64,000 nt of DNA from Callorhinchus milii (taxonomy: Eukaryota): contig NW_024704745.1 of the NCBI RefSeq assembly GCF_018977255.1, positions 11,966,001 to 12,030,000 on the forward strand, given 5' to 3'. Both the position numbers and the translations under genes were made by a program. Under the pieces are notes generated by a model. The model ran no database searches. It worked only from the letters and a program-made list of their open reading frames with translations, and was not told the origin of the DNA. Shown piece by piece: positions 59,388-64,000 of the stretch (its first letter is position 1; each line of letters begins with the position of its first letter).

Positions 59388-59933
59388 GTAAGTTAATAAA
59401 GCACAATAAACACGTAGATCTTTCTGCTGATCAGAATGATGGAAAAGGAACAGGTTCATGCTTCAATCCTCACAAAACCTCAACATTTCACCTCCATCCC
59501 CACCCTCACTCATCCCCCAATGTCAGATGTTGGGGACAGTGCAGAGCAGTGCAGTTGAGACAACACATTTCTTTTGGTTTTAGTCTGAGCTTTATTGTCT
59601 GAAAACTATTATTCAAATTTTAAATTTCAAAGCAATGGTCCTTAGGGTAAGACCATTTAAATTTCAGGCCTCAACTGCATGCCTTCGCTGCTAATGTTTG
59701 CAGTTCTACAAAAAGAGGCAATTCACTAAATAATTGCATTATCAATTGGCCTTGCATTTGAAGGCATTGCAAAAGCTTGGAACCAGTCTGGATTTGCTCC
59801 AGAGGTGAGATGACAGGCCACTGCTCATTCAGCCCTCTGTGAGGGCTTTGAGTTGCATGTCTCCTCAGAGTTAGTTCAATCCCAGTTCAATCTCAGTGAG
59901 ACAGATCCACACACCACACACCCTGATAGTGGA

Positions 59934-60299
59934 GTCCTGTAGCTCAGTGGTTAGAGTGCTTGCCTCACAAGCGAGAGACCTGGGTTCATTTCCCGGCAGG
60001 GTGAAATGTTGGGCAAACTTCCATACTCCACTTGCCTCTGTTTACCTGGCAGTAAGTAGGTACCCGGTTGTTAGTCGATTGGCGGATCGCTTTTCCGGGT
60101 GTAATAATTCCTTCAAAAAATATAATAATAAAATTGGTCATTGAATCCACGATTGTCTGTGGGAACTGTTGGGTGCAATTGGCTGCCGTGTTTCGCCCAC
60201 AAAATATACAGTCAATTCACTTTACAGTATATTCTATGAAGCGCTTTGAGACGTCTCGAAGATGTGATAAGATGCTATATCAAATGCAAGGATTATTAT
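59934..60299 (+). mobile_element. SINE, full length (best reference copy)
   Basis: gtcctgtagctcagtggttagagtgc...tctgtttacctggcagtaagtaggtacccggttgttagtcgattggcggatcgc...gagacgtctcgaagatgtgataag...(tta)n. Confidence 0.92.
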
Positions 60300-60639
60300 A
60301 TGTTATCATTATGACACTTTATTTGAACATTCAGTTTATTGTCCTCGGAAGTGTGAAAAACTTTTAAGTTTCCAATCTGAAGTTTAGAGTTGTACTGACT
60401 GAGCTACCCGAGATATCATCGAATCCACAAAAAGGACTATTGCAGACCATTCACTAAACTGACTATATATTGATAAAGAATAAAACATTTGACAGCAATT
60501 CAGCATTGGGCTTCTGCCAGCAATCCCCTTTGTCCTTGGAATCTAGTACACCATCAGAACCGCTCAATTCAATCCTTGGCTTGTAACCCATGTTCTCAAT
60601 ACATGTCTCACGCGAGGTTCAACATTTATCTTTTTACAG

Positions 60640-61023
60640 AGGCAAACCTGAATGTGGTTATCAGCCACAAAACAGTCCAACTCTTGGAAGGCGACTCTCT
60701 TGAGATCACTTGTGACATCCAGTCGACGACTGGAAGCCATGGCCAGCTCTCTGTAGATTGGCAATTCCTGAGCAGCAAGGGTGAAACCAGCAAAATCATC
60801 AGCATGGACCAGGATGGCACCCAGGTTACTGCTGAATCATACCGTAAGCGCGATGTCAGGATGGCGAGGGTGCAATCGGATGCCTTCAGTTTGGGGATTT
60901 ATAATCTGATGACATCAGACAGTGGGCAGTACACATGTAAAGTGGTGGAATCAGAAGCAGAGTCCAAGCAACTAACTGGCGAGTACGTCAGCAACAGTAC
61001 AGTCTTGACCATTGAACCACTTG
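60640..61023 (+). CDS. CD101/IGSF3-like, Ig-V domain 4 exon
   Basis: Boundaries atctttttacag|aggca and cttg|gtaag. Reads LLEGDSLEITC...LSVDWQ...MDQDGT...FSLGIYN...DSGQYTCKVVE. Confidence 0.93.
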
Positions 61024-61139
61024 GTAAGCACTTCAAGGCAGCTTGCCTTTAAATATGTAATTACTGAACTTGACAGAAATTATTTGCGAAGCCCTTTGAG
61101 ATCTTTCGACATCACAGCCACTCGATCATTATTATTGGC

Positions 61140-61260
61140 TGATGGCCACAAAATATACAATCAATTCACTTTACAGTATATTCTGAGAAGTGCTTTGAGA
61201 TGTCTCAAAGGTATGATAAGGCCCTATGTCAAATGCAAGGGTTATTATTGTTATTATTGA
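61140..61260 (+). mobile_element. SINE tail
   Basis: ccacaaaatatacaatcaattcactttacagtatattctg...tcaaatgcaagggttattattg. Confidence 0.8.
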
Positions 61261-61980
61261 ACATTCATGCTCATTCACTTCTATGCAGTGAATTGTAGTG
61301 CTCATGAGCTTTGAACTTCACCTGATCCCGGTCATTCTGGTGCTGAGCCTCTGCTCACCATGGAGTCAAATCTCCTCTCTGCCCAGAGACCATTATTATT
61401 AATAGAGACCTGATTCTGACTGGGGTTTTCCTAAATTTGGAAAAGCAGGAAAAACAGCCATTGTACATTCCAAGTAGTTGCCTCCAAAGGCAGGCTTACT
61501 TATTAAATAACGTGAGCTGAGGTGACCTGGAAATAAATGATAACATTTTGTAATTATACTTTTTTGGGGGGTTAGGGGGGGAGAGAGTTTCCAGTTCCAG
61601 CTATTTAATGACGTCTGATTTAAGATAAAATGATTATGTAAATGCAATTTGTTGCTGTTGTTGTTGAAAAGATAGAGCCAAGATATGGCTGAAAAGCTTT
61701 AGACATGACCAATGATGGATTCCTGCTTGGTGGAATTCATTTTCAAGTCCCTCCAAGGCTTTTCTAATTTTACTAAGTGGATACTGGCCAAACTCTATTT
61801 GGGTTTAAGGCAGCATCTGATGTAAGAACCCAGAGAGGCTCTTTTTCCCATTGAAAAATGAAAATTAAGGCTCACCTAGAATCTAAATGTTTTGCTAGAA
61901 AATATAATTCACTTTTCTATCCTGATCCTCAGTGATTCCAGCACTTCACTTTACCATTTAATGTCTTTCGTTTTTAACAG

Positions 61981-62382
61981 AAAACAATTTCAAAGTTACT
62001 GCAATGACCAGGACGCCAGCAGTGAAGTACAATGATACTTTTAAACTCCAGTGTGTCATTCAACCCAGGTATCCTTCCCATGTGATAGTATCTGTAATCT
62101 GGAAGTTCCAACCTAACTCATCCACAGACAGCTACAATCTGGTCACTTTCACACCCAAAACTGCTATTGAATGGGGGGACAAGGTGGATAACTTCAAGAC
62201 AAAGACCTCGGTGGTGAAAACAGTGTCCAATATTTTCCGTCTGAGCGTCTCCAGGGCAAGCCATCTGGAAGCTGGGAAATTCCTGTGTATGGCTCAATTA
62301 TGGGTGAGAGAGAACACAGGGGAGATTGTCATGAAAGCTAGCAAAACGTCAAACATCCTCCAGGTGAAGGTTACACCCCCAG
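61981..62382 (+). CDS. CD101/IGSF3-like, Ig-V domain 5 exon
   Basis: Boundaries tttttaacag|aaaac and ccag|gtaagt. Reads ENNFKVTAMTRTPAVKYNDTFKLQCVIQPRYP...WKFQP...RLSVSRASHLEAGKFLCMAQLW. Confidence 0.94.
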
Positions 62383-63155
62383 GTAAGTTACTACCTGAAG
62401 CAATTTCTATATTTCAAAGGATCAAACATTCGGTATAGCAGAGCCCACATTAACCCTTGCTGCATAGCAGGTATTAAGCAGTCCTCACAAACAGAATAAA
62501 AATTGATATAAAGAACAAAATAGAAAGCAAACAAACAAGAGACCAAAATGAAACGGAAAATCTGTAATAAATATGCAGTAAAACAAATGAGACACAATAA
62601 AGCACTTAGCTCCATCAGCAGAGCTGGCTTGTCTATTGTGCAGGGTATTAATGACAGTCAATTGGAGTCATTCGCAGAAGCATGTGGAATCTAAATGAGA
62701 AACCTTTATATTAGGTTGTATGTGGTATAAATGATATACTTTTTCAGAACCTTTTTCAGAATGCAATTATCTATCGATTCTGACAGTAATTGGTGCAGAG
62801 TTGCTGGAGACAGAGAGCACAATCACTGGGGCTGGTGCTTGACAGGACAGGCACTGTTATAAAGGCCCAGATAATGCATTGCATGGTGCAATGGAGCCTG
62901 TAGATTACATTGCATGGTTATTAGAGTCTGTATTACACTGGTGCAAACTGCATTGTTACTGGTGCAGCAGTGCTGGGGTTGCAACACACATTAGCTGTTA
63001 TGAGCGGATTGCTCTCCTGATATGAGAGAGCTTACACTGTGGAAACAACAGTTGGGCATATTAACCACTGTCTTCCTTGCTCACCTCAAACCTGAATTGA
63101 GCACAAAATAAAAGGCATGGATTGTGATGTGATGCTATCTTTCCCGCTCCTACAG

Positions 63156-63572
63156 TGAGCAAATTACAGGTCAACAAGGAGATCAGAAACATAGAGAAAA
63201 GGATTAATGATATCGTCGAGGTTGAATGCAGAATTTCAGCTCAAACACAGAATGATTCACAATTTGCAGTAACGTGGCTCTTCAGGAAAGCACAGGACTC
63301 TAACACTGGGGATGAAAACCTTCTGCAAACTGATCGCAATAATATCATCCAGTACTACGGTGAGCTGCTCACGGACACTCAGAAGAAGATGAAATTCCAG
63401 GGGGAGAAGACCTCTAACGGGGTGTACAAACTGATTGTACAGAAAACGGATGTGACCGACAGTGGGAGATACCACTGCCGCGTGGAGGAATGGCTCTCAG
63501 ACCCCAACAACGTGTGGTACAAAATAGGAGAGGATATGTCGGGGGTGACAGATCTTCAAGTCCTTAGAGCAG
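63156..63572 (+). CDS. CD101/IGSF3-like, Ig-V domain 6 exon; gene continues beyond the window
   Basis: Boundaries ctcctacag|tgagc and gcag|gtaaa. Reads VSKLQVNK...VECRI...FAVTW...DSGRYHCRVEEWLSDPNNVWYKIGEDMSGVTDL. Confidence 0.94.
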
Positions 63573-63639
63573 GTAAAGAACGTTGAGAGAAATTTGATTA
63601 AAAAAATTCCCCGGTGCTGGAACAATTTGGTTCATTGTT

Positions 63640-63746
63640 TCGTTCACAAAATATACAGTCAATTCATTTTACAGTATATTTTGTGAAGTGCTTACAGATG
63701 TGATAAGGTGCTATATCAAATGCAAGGATTATTATTATTATTATAA
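63640..63746 (+). mobile_element. SINE tail
   Basis: cacaaaatatacagtcaattc...gtgataaggtgctatatcaaatgcaagga(tta)n. Confidence 0.8.
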
Positions 63747-64000
63747 TACAAAAAAATTAGTTGATTCCTTTTTTTTGAGAGCCAGCCTAACTGTTGGGGA
63801 TCAAAAGCCTACCTGCTGGGGAAGTTCAGCTCCAGGTGAACACAGGAACAATCAAGGAGAAGAGTATTGTAGTATCTATTGATATGACAGGAAGAAATGA
63901 ATAAATAGAAAGAAGATTTGCAACATATAGGTGATAGGGAAGGAGAAAATTGTGCAGGTAGCAAGCACATTATAACATCTAAACAATCCAATACAGTACA

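Overview
Vertebrate genomic DNA. The repeat content (Deu-domain tRNA-SINEs, L2 and CR1 LINE ends, Penelope) points to a cartilaginous fish, possibly a chimaera; this is inference. The window holds two tandem + strand genes of the EWI immunoglobulin family. (1) PTGFRN (EWI-F/CD9P-1): 8 coding exons at 310-14591 encoding six V-type Ig domains, a TM segment and a tail ending in MEMD. Its signal-peptide exon lies upstream of the window. (2) A CD101/IGSF3-like gene: signal-peptide exon at 49199-49283 plus six Ig exons to 63572, continuing past the window end. All introns are phase 1 GT-AG. The ~33 kb between the genes has no recognisable protein-coding gene. It is filled with two SINE generations, L2/CR1 3' ends, a 5'-truncated Penelope element with a decayed hammerhead ribozyme, and an unclassified ~700-bp repeat family. 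I found no convincing new multi-gene system. The best leads are a candidate TE-derived 9-nt microexon in PTGFRN, a 96-nt near-perfect hairpin downstream of PTGFRN, the mixed CD101/IGSF3 character of gene 2, covarying SINE/L2 3' stem-loops, and a motif cluster built around a perfect MARE upstream of gene 2. Family assignments come from remembered sequences, not database searches.
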